This document shows, piece after piece, positions 22,305 to 32,500 of a stretch of 45,295 nucleotides of DNA. Within the stretch, counting starts at the first letter, position 1, and the number at the start of each line of letters is the position of its first letter. Made by a program: the position numbers and the translations under genes. Origin of the DNA: Chrysochromulina tobinii (lineage: Eukaryota); NCBI GenBank assembly GCA_001275005.1, contig JWZX01003283.1:1-45295 (forward strand), written 5' to 3'. The notes under the pieces were generated by a model. The model saw only the letters and a program-made list of their open reading frames with translations, had not been told where the DNA came from and did no database searches.

Positions 22305-23699
22305 ATGTGCGACACACTGGCTCCGCTTACAAACGCGACGTTGCCCTCGACGGTGACGCCGCTGCAGCGCTTCTATGCGCGTAATGGCGTCAAACCGCCA
22401 CGGAATTGCACGCCCCCGTTGACCGGAGCGCCATCGCCGAGCAGCGTGCTGTTTGTCATCCCTGCACACGTGCCAAATAAAGCAAACTGCGGATTGCTGT
22501 GGGCAACGCTGCACTCGCTTGCCTGCTTCCATCCCGATGAGCACGTTTTGCTCGTTGACAATGACTCGCCATTTGACAACGTACGGCGTACTGTCTCAAA
22601 AGCTGAGAGACCTCGACTGCTCTTGCAAAGGTGCTCGCCGTCACATGGCCCGCTAGGCGCATGGGCTGCTGCCGACAAGCTGCTGCAGTCGCCGCAAGGC
22701 AGTAGTTATGAGACCGTGGTGCTGCTGCAGCACAGCACACGACTGCTACGCCCCTTTCCGCTGCCTCTGCCGGTCGGATGCGCCGCGGTCACGCTCATGG
22801 GCGGCATGCATGATGCGTGCGAGGCGCCTCTTGTGCCGTGCACCCCCACCGGTGTACCTGTGAAGGAGAGGATAGCTGTTCGCTACGGCTGCGCGCAAGG
22901 CCCGGGAATGAGTGCCCTCTCGGCGCGAGAGAAGCTAAATGGATGCCATCCGAGCACCCCTTGGATGCAGATGGCCTCGCGCCTTGCCGGTGAGCTTGGT
23001 ATCCTGTGCAACTCCTCGCGAGCGTGGGCGAGCCGACGACGCCCAACAGCACGAGACAACAGCAGTGGAGACAGCGGCAGCCTGCTGATTAACTTCCCGT
23101 CGGCCACAGCCGCAGCGCCTAGCGGTGCGTGGGACGGGAGTCCCAGCCTGGCCTTCTGCCCAGCCACTTGGCACTGGGCCTTCCACTTCGCGCTTGGCTT
23201 CTCGCGAGCCGGCTGGCAGCAGTGGCGCCGCTTTGGACTCTGGCCGGTTCAACCTGAGGATGTCACTAGGTATGAGCTTGAGGCTGAGACTCCGACTCAG
23301 ATCGAGGGGGAGACTGAAGGAGAGACTGCGGGCATCCGAGCTCGGAACGTGGAGGGTGGGTTGCTCGGCTCCCTGGCTGCAATTTGGAACGAGGCGGAGG
23401 GTGGGGTCGCCGCAAAGCGGCGTGGATCTGAGCTGGCTGTGATGAACCAAGCTCTCGAAATTCTCGCTGGTGTGCTGGGCCAGCACATGAATGGCCATCG
23501 CAGAGGGTGCATCATCCAAGAGTGGTTCGGGCCGAACTCTATCATCGACAAGGGACATGGCTCGACTCACGCCGCGGGCTTGACGAGAGAGGCATGCGAC
23601 GGCACCAGCCAGGAACAGTCGTGGCAGCGGGTCAACAGCCTATCTGGTCTGCCAGGTCGCGCATACCCCTCGTCACGGATGCCGTTGACGGTCAGATAG
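22305..23699 (+). CDS. Hypothetical protein with a GT-A/GT2-like N-terminal region
   Basis: LFVIPAHV...LHSLACFHPDEHVLLVDNDS and VVLLQHS; long single ORF. Confidence 0.55.
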   Translation: MCDTLAPLTNATLPSTVTPLQRFYARNGVKPPRNCTPPLTGAPSPSSVLFVIPAHVPNKANCGLLWATLHSLACFHPDEHVLLVDNDSPFDNVRRTVSKAERPRLLLQRCSPSHGPLGAWAAADKLLQSPQGSSYETVVLLQHSTRLLRPFPLPLPVGCAAVTLMGGMHDACEAPLVPCTPTGVPVKERIAVRYGCAQGPGMSALSAREKLNGCHPSTPWMQMASRLAGELGILCNSSRAWASRRRPTARDNSSGDSGSLLINFPSATAAAPSGAWDGSPSLAFCPATWHWAFHFALGFSRAGWQQWRRFGLWPVQPEDVTRYELEAETPTQIEGETEGETAGIRARNVEGGLLGSLAAIWNEAEGGVAAKRRGSELAVMNQALEILAGVLGQHMNGHRRGCIIQEWFGPNSIIDKGHGSTHAAGLTREACDGTSQEQSWQRVNSLSGLPGRAYPSSRMPLTVR

Positions 23700-23919
23700 A
23701 TCAAAGCTACCCTAAATCGTCATGAGAAGTGAGAACGAACCGCGCGTGGCAAGAATCAGAACAGAATCAGAGGGACACACCGCCCCTTCCATCTAGTTCG
23801 TATCGGGGGAACCCGCGGGAGCTATGAAATTACCGAAGTGACTGTTAAGGTTTCCCGAGCCGAGCCGAGCAATGAAAACGGCACGATTGAATCAGAATCC
23901 ATAAGAGACGAGTATCGAG

Positions 23920-24120
23920 TTCGTTTGTGAGAGCTGAGACACTTTGTGAGACTTGAGTTCGAACACTTCCGTTTGTGAGACTTCGCAGTTCGGCCACTAC
24001 CGTTTGTGAGACTTGAGTTCGACCACTACCGTTTGTGAGACTTGGGTTCCTTCGGCCACTACCGTTTGTGAGTCTGTTTGTGTAACTTTCCACAAGAGAC
24101 GTACCGTTTGTGAGACTTCC
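23920..24120. repeat. Imperfect ~30-bp tandem array built on (c)cgtttgtgagact, about 7 copies
   Basis: Core at about 23922, 23943, 23970, 24001, 24030, 24063 and 24105; linkers resemble each other. Confidence 0.9.
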
Positions 24121-24675
24121 AAACATGTCAGTTTGTACCGGTAGGGGGGGCGCCTTCTCTTCGATCATGTCGATTCTCCCTCGAATACGAGGCTTTGTCG
24201 TTCTGGGTCTCGGTGATTGCCACAAGTGCATGTCGACCGCTTGGCCCGTGGTTGGGGGTGCTCTCGTGTCCCACGGATCACTTGTTCGTGTCCGACCTGC
24301 ATCCGACGCAACGACGTTGTCGTTGTTGTGCAGCCCGCTCGGTGTTGGGAGAGCGTCAGTGCGTCACCGCGCGCCGAGTGCGAAATCCTGGCGTATGTAA
24401 CCGCAGTCCAAGGCTGGGTTTTGGATTTTGATCAGCTCCACGGCGCTTGGCACATCTTCCTGTTTTGCTTCTTGTGCGACGTCTGTATTCCCTCTGAGCA
24501 CAATCAGTGTGGAAATCAACCATATAAAGTGACTTAGTCACAAATAATTCAAATTTTACCTCTTGATGTAATCAAAGCTTTCTGGGCTACCCTATTCAAA
24601 GCATTGGGTGCATCGGGTGGTCGCAATCGAAGACATTGGTCCTTGGGGTGTCCTTGGGCTACTAAAGATTGTTAG

Positions 24676-24801
24676 GCCGGCGCGTAGCGCTGGCGAAAAT
24701 TTAGGCCGGCGCATAGCGCCGGCGAAAATTTGTATTCAAACGTGGAGCGTGTAGCGCCGGCGACACTTCGTATTCAAACGTTGCCGGCGCATAGCGCCGG
24801 C
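24676..24801. repeat. Four tandem GC hairpin units gccggcgc-ata-gcgccggc(gaaaattt)
   Basis: Perfect copies at 24705-24723 and 24783-24801; variants at 24676 and about 24744. Confidence 0.9.
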
Positions 24802-24820
24802 GGAGTTTTGAATCCAAACT

Positions 24821-25435
24821 GTGAATCAATGTGCTCGGTTCCGCAGTGATGTCCATCGCGTCCTTGCCAGCACTGATGCCTACCGCCTTTCACGCGTTCG
24901 TCTTCACGAGGCCTTTGCTCGGCTGTTCTTGTACAAGGGTATGAACGACTCTGTGACTATCCAGGAGGCCACATCCAATACTGTGCAAGAGCTTGAGTCC
25001 GTCCTCCCGACTGCGGCACCGGCAGGTTGCTCTCACTACTCCAAGGACGATATTCAGCATTCACTCGCGCACGCTCTTACTGATGACCGCGACGCTGACA
25101 ATCTGGTCCGCCAAATCTTTCATATGCTCGACACCTACTATCTTTCACAGACGGCTTCGGACCCGTACTCTGAATTCCTGGCCATGCACTGGAAACAGGG
25201 CGTCACTTGGGAGGCTTACGTCCTGACGATTATCCGCTTCGCCAAGAAGTACAAGTTCTTCCAAAGGATGTCGGAATACGGTCACCAAGGCGCTGCTCCC
25301 ACGAACATGGACGCCGATCAGGTTGTCATGCGCATTAACGAGCTCCAGCGGTGTGTGCTGGAGGATGGAGGCGCGTCAGTTGCTGGCGACCTCTACACGC
25401 TTTATGCGCTCGACAAGAAGCACGTGATCACTGGC
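24821..25435 (+). mobile_element. Truncated Gag-like ORF fragment (putative retroelement remnant)
   Basis: YSEFLAMHWKQGVTWEAYVLTIIRFAKK resembles the capsid major-homology region (Q-x3/4-hydrophobic-x2-Y-x3-hydrophobic). Lower GC than host genes, no pol, next to repeat arrays. Confidence 0.35.
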
Positions 25436-25615
25436 CCTCAGGCGGGTTGCTCGCGCGCCGTGCCGACGACCACCGCACCACCAGGCCTCGGGCTTCTCGG
25501 GCTGGCGCGACCGTGTTTATACTTGTTCTTGCCACTCTAGTTAGTTACGCTGGCATCCCATGTGGCATCCCAGACTCGACCTTCAGCCTACCGTCGGCAG
25601 TGCTCGCGCGCCGCG

Positions 25616-27722
25616 TCAGAAAGTAGTCGTACACGCTGATGGTGTGCGGCTGCGAGAGGTTGCTGCCAGGGCTTCCGCTGCACACGCCGGGGACAGCCTG
25701 GCCGGCTCTCTTGTCTTGTGCGAGAGCTTAAAGACAGGCCCACGCTCGATGACGCGCCGATCCACGGCCGAGAGTGCCATTCTGCGCAAGCAGTACTGAT
25801 GCGGCTCGAAGTGCTGCACCACTTGGTCGCCGTCCGGGAGGGATTGCGTGCCGAGGCGCTCGTACTCGTGGCGGAAGCGCGAGCTCCGCTGCACGAGGCA
25901 CCCAAACGTCTGCATCCACATAAAGTAGTTGGGATCGAAAACATTCGTCCTTGAGATGACATGCGGCATGGCCCAAAAGCGGCGCAGGTTATAGCTCATC
26001 TGGAGTGGCACGAGCGCACGAGGCACGCGTGCATAGAGGAGGTAGATCGACACTTCGTACTCGCCATCCTTGGTCCGATGCGGTGCCCAAAAGTCGCCCG
26101 ATGCGCCTGCAAGCGCACGGGCCAGCCAGACCTCCGCCCCTTGCACGCAGTACAGCGTCGCATCCGCCCACAGGCCACCGTACGCTACCAAAAGCTCTGT
26201 GCGTAAGATGTCGGCATACAGAGGGTGGCTGGTCTCTGGCAGATGACCGTACGCCAGTAACGCCATGCGTGCCTCCGCGTGCTGTGTCAGGTTGGCGAGC
26301 GAGAGGCGACGCACCTGCCAGGTCGGGTTCTCCCGCTCCCACGACGCCGCGCACGCTCTCACGAGTGGTGACGCCGCGTGCCACCCCTGGGCCCACCAGA
26401 GCCACACGATGCGCACGGGCGGTGCGAGCAGCTGAAGGCCATCGATGCTCGAAAGCGTCCGAATAGAGGACCCCATGCGTCCGAGCTTCCGAGCAGCAGA
26501 GGACCCCACGCGCATGTCCATGACGCCGCCCGTACGAGGCCGAGGGCGAGGCCATCGAAGCGGCTGTGGCCGCGGCGGTTGCAACGGCTGAAGCGGTTGA
26601 AGCGGCGGAAGCGGCTGTAGCGGCTCGATCATGGTCCTTAGTTCAGCATCGGTCGCCATTGAGCACGAGCGGTTTACACGATCGGAGTGGCGCGGTCGAG
26701 TGGCCTCGGCACCGCCGAAGACGGCCTGCGCGGCGCGCTCAATGTAATAGCTCACCTCGTTCTGGTCCGAGACGCTCACCTGGACAAGCAGTCATCAGAG
26801 GCGATCAGAGGCAACCATTCATCATCAGGGCTCATCCAATTCGCTCGTCAAGGCTCATCAGGGCTCATCAGGGCTCATCGGGGCTCATCGGGGCTCGTCA
26901 GGGCTCATCCAATTCGCTCACCTGCGCGAGCATTGCTTCATAGAAGGCACGCGATCGCAGCAGCAGCAGCTCGCGGGTTGTGCGGAAGACGCCATCGAAG
27001 CACACACGATGCTTGGACAGGTGGCTGTACGAGAAAAGCTGAGTGTCGACCCAGTAACGGAAGGGCGCCGGCGATGCACTCACGAATGCCTCGGAACCAT
27101 TCCACGACCAGATGCGAAAGCGGCGGCACGAGGCGAAGGTGATTCTCGGAAGCGCCGCGCCACCAAGCGTGTGCATGCCTTCGCACGGCGTCTCGCTTAC
27201 ATGCGCGGCGGCCCCGCGCTGCGCTGCAGTCCCGTGAGTCTCCAGCCCAAAGTAGGCACTCCGCAGCCTTGCGGGCAACATCTGCGTCGCACAGTCAAAG
27301 CCATTGGAACCTCTACTCAGCTCCCTCTGTGGAAGATGCAGCAAGTATTTTGCCCGCTCGAAGCGGTACCTCTTGGCGCTCGCGGGTACAAAGACCAGTG
27401 ACGTAGGCAGGTTGTCGTAGTGCTGGACTATGTACGCAAGGGCTGAGCCAATATTGCGCCCAGAGTTGTCACTGATCTCCTCGCACGATGTGCCCATCCA
27501 GCCTGTGTACGTCGAGCACGAACCATTCTTGATGACAATGGAGACGCCGCCGCAGATGCCACTCGAGCGCGCATCATCGCACAAACGCACAAGCTCACGC
27601 ACGAACTTTACCCGCCCGCGGAAGTCGAGGGCGATAATGTGGCTCATGGGTTGGGGCGCACACCTAGTGGTTGAAGTTTTTAACCACGGAAGCCTGCAAA
27701 ACCCCAAAATCGCCAGTTGCAT
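25616..27722 (-). CDS. DUF3431-like domain fused to a capsular-polysaccharide-synthesis (Caps_synth/GT32-like) glycosyltransferase; intron 26780-26921
   Basis: GRNIGSALAYIVQHYDNLP, FRTTRELLLLRSRAFY, YYIERAAQAVFG; then IVWLWWAQG, ADILRTELLVAYGGLWADAT, VFKLSHK. The intron is in frame. Start 27722 or 27647. Confidence 0.75.
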
Positions 27723-27735
27723 GCATGCGAATTAG

Positions 27736-28641
27736 TCAATCTTCAATAGACTCATCCTCGCAGTTTGTCAAAGCCTCGAAACGCTTCTAGCGGAAGTCTC
27801 GCCTACGCAGTATCAGCTTTGCGACGACCACAAGCACCAGTGCAATCCACCACATGGGCGCTGTGAGCAGGGACGGTGTGCGTGCAATGTCGTACCAAGA
27901 CAAGGGGTGAGCTACGGCGGCGCACAATGTGAAGTTGACAATGTGGCGCGGCTGAAGAACTTGCCGACCGATCCCAAGTATGCCGAAAATATCTACGCGA
28001 AATATTACGTTGGATCCGTGGGTCAACTGAACAGCAGTATCCGTGATCATAAGAACCGTGGCAGTGGCGATGGCTCCTCGCTCGCGACGACGTTCGGAAT
28101 CCGCACGGCGATGCCGCATCTCGTCGAGCTGCTCGAGATCAAGACTATCTTCGATGTCCCATGCGGCGACTTCAACTATTTTCGAGACATCCTCAAGGAT
28201 CTGCGCATGGCCAGCGTACATTACATCGGAGCCGACATCGTGCAGTTTCTGGTGGACGCGCTCAACCGTGAGTTTTACCAACCCAATCGCGTCGAGTTCA
28301 TGCGCTTCGACCTGTCGCTGCAGGCGCTCTGGCCGGTTGACCTGGTTGTTGTCCGTGACATTCTCTTCCACTTCAACGCGCAGCGCGCTCTCGACGTCCT
28401 CCGAAATGTAAACCAGTCCGGCGCCAAGTTCTTGCTCACTACCTACTTCCCGGACTCGCACACTAACGAGCATCAGGATCGCCACTTCAAGCCTGGCAGA
28501 GGCTTCGGGTCTTATATGAAGCTGAATTTGGAAGATGCGCCCTTCAGCCTCAGGCCACCCATGGTTGCCATTGGCCATGACTCGGAACACCTCCATGATC
28601 GCGTGCTTGGCCTCTGGCGCCTGCCGCTACTCACACACTAA
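27736..28641 (+). CDS. EGF-like domain plus class I SAM-dependent methyltransferase; start codon not found in frame
   Basis: Frame open from 27736: CDDHKHQCNPPHGRCEQGRCACNVVPRQGVSYGGAQC, then GSGDGS, IFDVPCGDFNY, YIGADIV, LVVVRDILFHF, LNLEDAPF. Confidence 0.75.
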   Translation, partial: SIFNRLILAVCQSLETLLAEVSPTQYQLCDDHKHQCNPPHGRCEQGRCACNVVPRQGVSYGGAQCEVDNVARLKNLPTDPKYAENIYAKYYVGSVGQLNSSIRDHKNRGSGDGSSLATTFGIRTAMPHLVELLEIKTIFDVPCGDFNYFRDILKDLRMASVHYIGADIVQFLVDALNREFYQPNRVEFMRFDLSLQALWPVDLVVVRDILFHFNAQRALDVLRNVNQSGAKFLLTTYFPDSHTNEHQDRHFKPGRGFGSYMKLNLEDAPFSLRPPMVAIGHDSEHLHDRVLGLWRLPLLTH

Positions 28642-28835
28642 AGCTTGTATTGGTGCATGGTGTAGCACTTCTTCCTCGAGCTAATGTCATCCGCTTCTGT
28701 TCATGATCTGAATACTGAACTCGATGCCGGTACATGTAGCCGCATCAGGGGGGAAATGGGGAAATGACGAAATTCTGATTCACATTCAGCGACGTCGCAA
28801 CCTCCTGCAGCTGCACACGCCCGCCCGCGCCGCGC

Positions 28836-29061
28836 CCCTACCAGCCTGTTTGCCTACTGAAATCAACCAAGACTTTGGCTGGCAGGCAGCTGGTTGGCTG
28901 ACCAGGGTCTCAACCAGCTTGGGGACCAGCTGGCACCCAGCTGGCGCCTGCTGACCAGGATTTCAACCAGCTTAGGGACCAGCTTGGGGATCAGCTGGCG
29001 CCAACCACGCTGCCTGCCAGCCAAAGTCTTGGTTGATCATTAGGCGAACAGGCTGGTAGGG
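28836..29061. mobile_element. MITE-like element, 226 bp, ~60-bp terminal inverted repeats
   Basis: The left arm ccctaccagcctgtttgcctactgaaatcaaccaagactttggctggcaggcagc... matches the reverse complement of 29000-29061 with few mismatches or indels. Internal accagct repeats. No clear TSD. Confidence 0.8.
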
Positions 29062-29247
29062 TTGTCGGTGGCCCGGCCCCCGCCCGCGCCCCCCCCCCCC
29101 GCGCCCAGCACTATCAGCCTTCGATCAGCCCCCGGATGTAACCACCATCGGGGAGACTCCGTTTCGTCTGTTTCACCGTGTCCCCGTCGCATCGTTGCTA
29201 ATCGTTGCATGCTCGCAAGGTATTCCGCGACGTCCTATCCGGAGACA

Positions 29248-29388
29248 TGGTGCGAGTGAAGTGGACGCTTTGGGGATGCATCGAGGAGGTCCAAGTGCGC
29301 TTGCATTGGCGAGTGGAGGAGCTGCAGATGGACAGAGTCCGTGTGCAGCGCTCAGTGCAGCGCTCAGTGCAGCGCTCAGTGCAGCGCT
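29248..29388 (+). repeat. Dispersed repeat copy 2, ending in tandem gtgcagcgctca 12-mers
   Basis: Matches 22030-22148. Confidence 0.9.
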
Positions 29389-29561
29389 AGTTCTGGGCCG
29401 GATGAATCCCTCAGCGGCTCTAGCCTTCTCTCGCCGAGACGGGAGCAGGACCGAGCGGCCACATCTGTTTAATAACAGCCACATTTTGTTTTTCTGTTTA
29501 AAGTAACCGAGAGCCACATTCTCTTGGGCCGGCCCTCCCTCAATCGGATTCATCACGCGGC

Positions 29562-32500
29562 TCACATGAGGCTGCACTCGACTTCGATCTCCTGTGCCTC
29601 CACCTTGAGCTCGCGCCGCCGCTCCTGACTCATGTGCTCCTTGACGGCAAGCTCGCGCGCCCTGTCGATCGCGCGCACGGGCTGCGTCCTCGGGGTGTCC
29701 AAGTCGATCGAGCCACCATCGAGATTACGTCGAGAGACGTCGAGATTACGTCGAGATACGTCAAGATTGGCGTCGTACGCGTGCCCGAGACCGCGCGGCT
29801 CCAAGGTGGCGTCGAGGGAGTCAAGGACATCGTCGGTGGCGCCGTCGGTGCCAACCTCAAGTTGCCAATGGCGCTGCACGTCGTCTCTGTCGTCGAGCAG
29901 CCGCGCTTTGTACCCATGGGACTTGAGAAGCTCAACTGAGGCCCCCTCGAGCCCTTGGCGTGATGGGTCGTCGAGCCCTGGGTCGTCGGCGCTCGTGGCT
30001 TGGTGTGCCTCATCGGCTCCACAAGCATGCCCGTATCGCGGCTCGTTGCCATGTGGCTCGGTGCCCTCGCGACGGGCTTCGCGTCCGTCACTCATGCCGG
30101 CTTCGCGACCGGCGGTGAGCGCCCGTTCGAGGAGGGCGCGAGGCAACTCGCCCGCCTCGAGGGCCGCCTTGACGAACGCGCTGCTCGCTCCGGCGTCCTC
30201 GGCTGCCTTGGCCGCCGCGACCGCCGCCAAGGCAGCGTCGGGCGGGCGCCTGCCTGCGTCGAGCGCAGTGCCGAGCGCGAGGCCGGCCGCGAATGCGGTT
30301 CCGGCCGAGTATCCCTCGTCGATCATCTGGTATGCCTTGTCCGCGGCGGCTTTGGCGACGTCGTCGGGCGGCAGCGTGACGGCAGTGATCATCGTGGCAT
30401 CGCGCTCGCCCACCTTGCTTCCCCGAAGACGCTGGAGCTCGTTTGTCACCTTCTGGCCCACGTCGCTGGCGCCCCCGACGCTGAAGCGATCCGCCCCTAA
30501 GTTGGATCGCTGGCCTGCCACGTGGCCTGCATGCAGACCGAGCTCGAGTACGCGCGATGGCACGTCGTTGTTTCGGAGGGCCGTACGCACGCCACGGTCG
30601 CGCTTAGCTTCGGCCTCGGCGGCACGGGCTGCCGCGAGTGCGCCCTGCTCTGCGCTGTGCGGGGGCAAACCATCGTCAAGGCCCTCGGCATACATGACGC
30701 TGCCGATGAAGGCGGCGCCGGGCAAGAAGCCTTGGTTGAACAGATCTATCGCCTTTTGCGCACCCGCCCGTGCAATCTCGAGCGGGAGATCGCGCTCACG
30801 CAGGAAGCGTACGACGGAGCTGTTGTCGCCGCCGAAGCCGTGATCGTCGAGCCCCGCGCTGCTCCGCTTCGCGGCCGCGCGCCCCCTTGCGAGGCTGTGC
30901 TCAAGAAGATGAGGCAAGCTGTTACCCGAGGCCATCATGGCCGCCACCCTCGGGTCCTTGTCCGCTTCGGCGTCGGCCGCCTTGGCTGCAGCGTACGCCG
31001 CCACGTTGGCGCTCTGCCGACTCTGGCCCGCATCAAGCGCCTCGCCCAGGGCCAGGCCACCCGCGATCACGGCCCCGGGCGACAGGCCCTGCTGCATGAG
31101 CTCGCGTGCCTTGTCCGCGGCCGCCTCGGCCAGGCTCGCCGGAAAGCCACGCTCCCTGAGCATCTCTCTTGCCGCGGCGCCCACCGCCTCGGAACCGGGA
31201 CGCGAGCCTGGCAGGAAGCGCTGGGAGCTTGGCGACAGCGCCGCCGCCGCCTCGCGGGAAGCGCCGTCGCGGTCGCCCTGCAGGAGCCTGCGCGCTTGCT
31301 TCTCCGCGTGGAGCTCCTCGATCTCCTTCTGGACCTCCGGCGTGAGGCCGCCGCGCTCCTTCTTGTGCTCCAATGCCGCGATCAGATCGTCGAGGTTGCG
31401 ATGGCTGCGTCGGCGGTTCTTCTCCACATTGAGCTCGTCGAGGTCGCTCTGCTCCTTGGGTGCCAACGCCATCCGCACTTTCTTTCGATCGAGCGCCGCA
31501 ATGCGCTCGTCAAGCTCCCGGTCGCTGAGCCGGCCGTACCTCTCGGCGTGCATGCCCTCGAGCTCCGTTTGCTCCTTGGGCGACAGTCCGTCGGTGTCCT
31601 TCCGACGCTCAAGTCTCGTGATCTTGTCACTAAGCTCACGGTCACTGAGCCTGCGGTTGTGCTCGACGCGCAGCTCCTCGAGCTCCTTTGGCATTGGGCC
31701 GTCGGGCGCGGCCTTGAGCTCGAGCGCCGAGATCCGATCCTCAAGATGCTTGTCGCCCAGTGCTGCGTACGGGCCCTTGCGCGGACCGGGCAAGCGCTCA
31801 TCGCCATGGGCGAGCCGGAGCTTGCGTAGCTGCTTCTCGGCGTTCAAGTCCCTCACCTCCTTCTGCTCCGCGGGCGACAAGCCCTTCGACAGGCGCGCCG
31901 CGAAGAGGAAGCCCTTCGAAATGCCGCGGAGCAACCCGTTGGCTTTCGTCGGCGAGGCCTTGGGTGTCGTCCCGCCCCCGGACGGCCCCCCGACGGTAGT
32001 CCCGCTCCCAGACGCACCCTCGACGATGCTGGGGCCGCTCTCTTCAGCGGATGATGCAGTGAGGCCGCCTTGGGCTTCCTCTGGGCCGATCTCTTGGCCC
32101 TCGAGCGCGATCGCCTTGCGCTCGAGCGCCGCGATCCGGTCATCCAAATCTACGTCAGTGCGCCGTCGTTCCCTCTCGACGACAAGCTGACTGAGCTCCT
32201 CCTGATCAGAAGGCGTCAGGCCACTCCGCGCCTTTCGGTAGGTGAACCTTGCGATCCGATCGTTGAGATCCTTGGTCGTCAAGCTATCCGGCTCTGCAGC
32301 GGCTTCCAATCGGGCTCCAGTGTCACCCGGCCCTTGTCCCTTGCTCGGCCCGGGCATCGCACCACTGCCCACTCCACTGTACGGCGCGGCGCTCTTCCCC
32401 TTCGGGACTGACGCCTGCTCGCCCCGCTGCTTCCGCCCACCCCCGCCGCCGCGAAAGCTCGGGTCGTTCAGCTCTTCCACGGAGCCTAGGCCATAAGCCA

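Noticed and set aside
23920..24120. CRISPR-like repeat-spacer array
   Set aside because: The core is only about 13 nt, the linkers are short and similar to each other, there are no cas genes, and the context is eukaryotic.
27787..28596. 269-aa minus-strand ORF
   Set aside because: Antisense to the methyltransferase, which carries the recognisable motifs.
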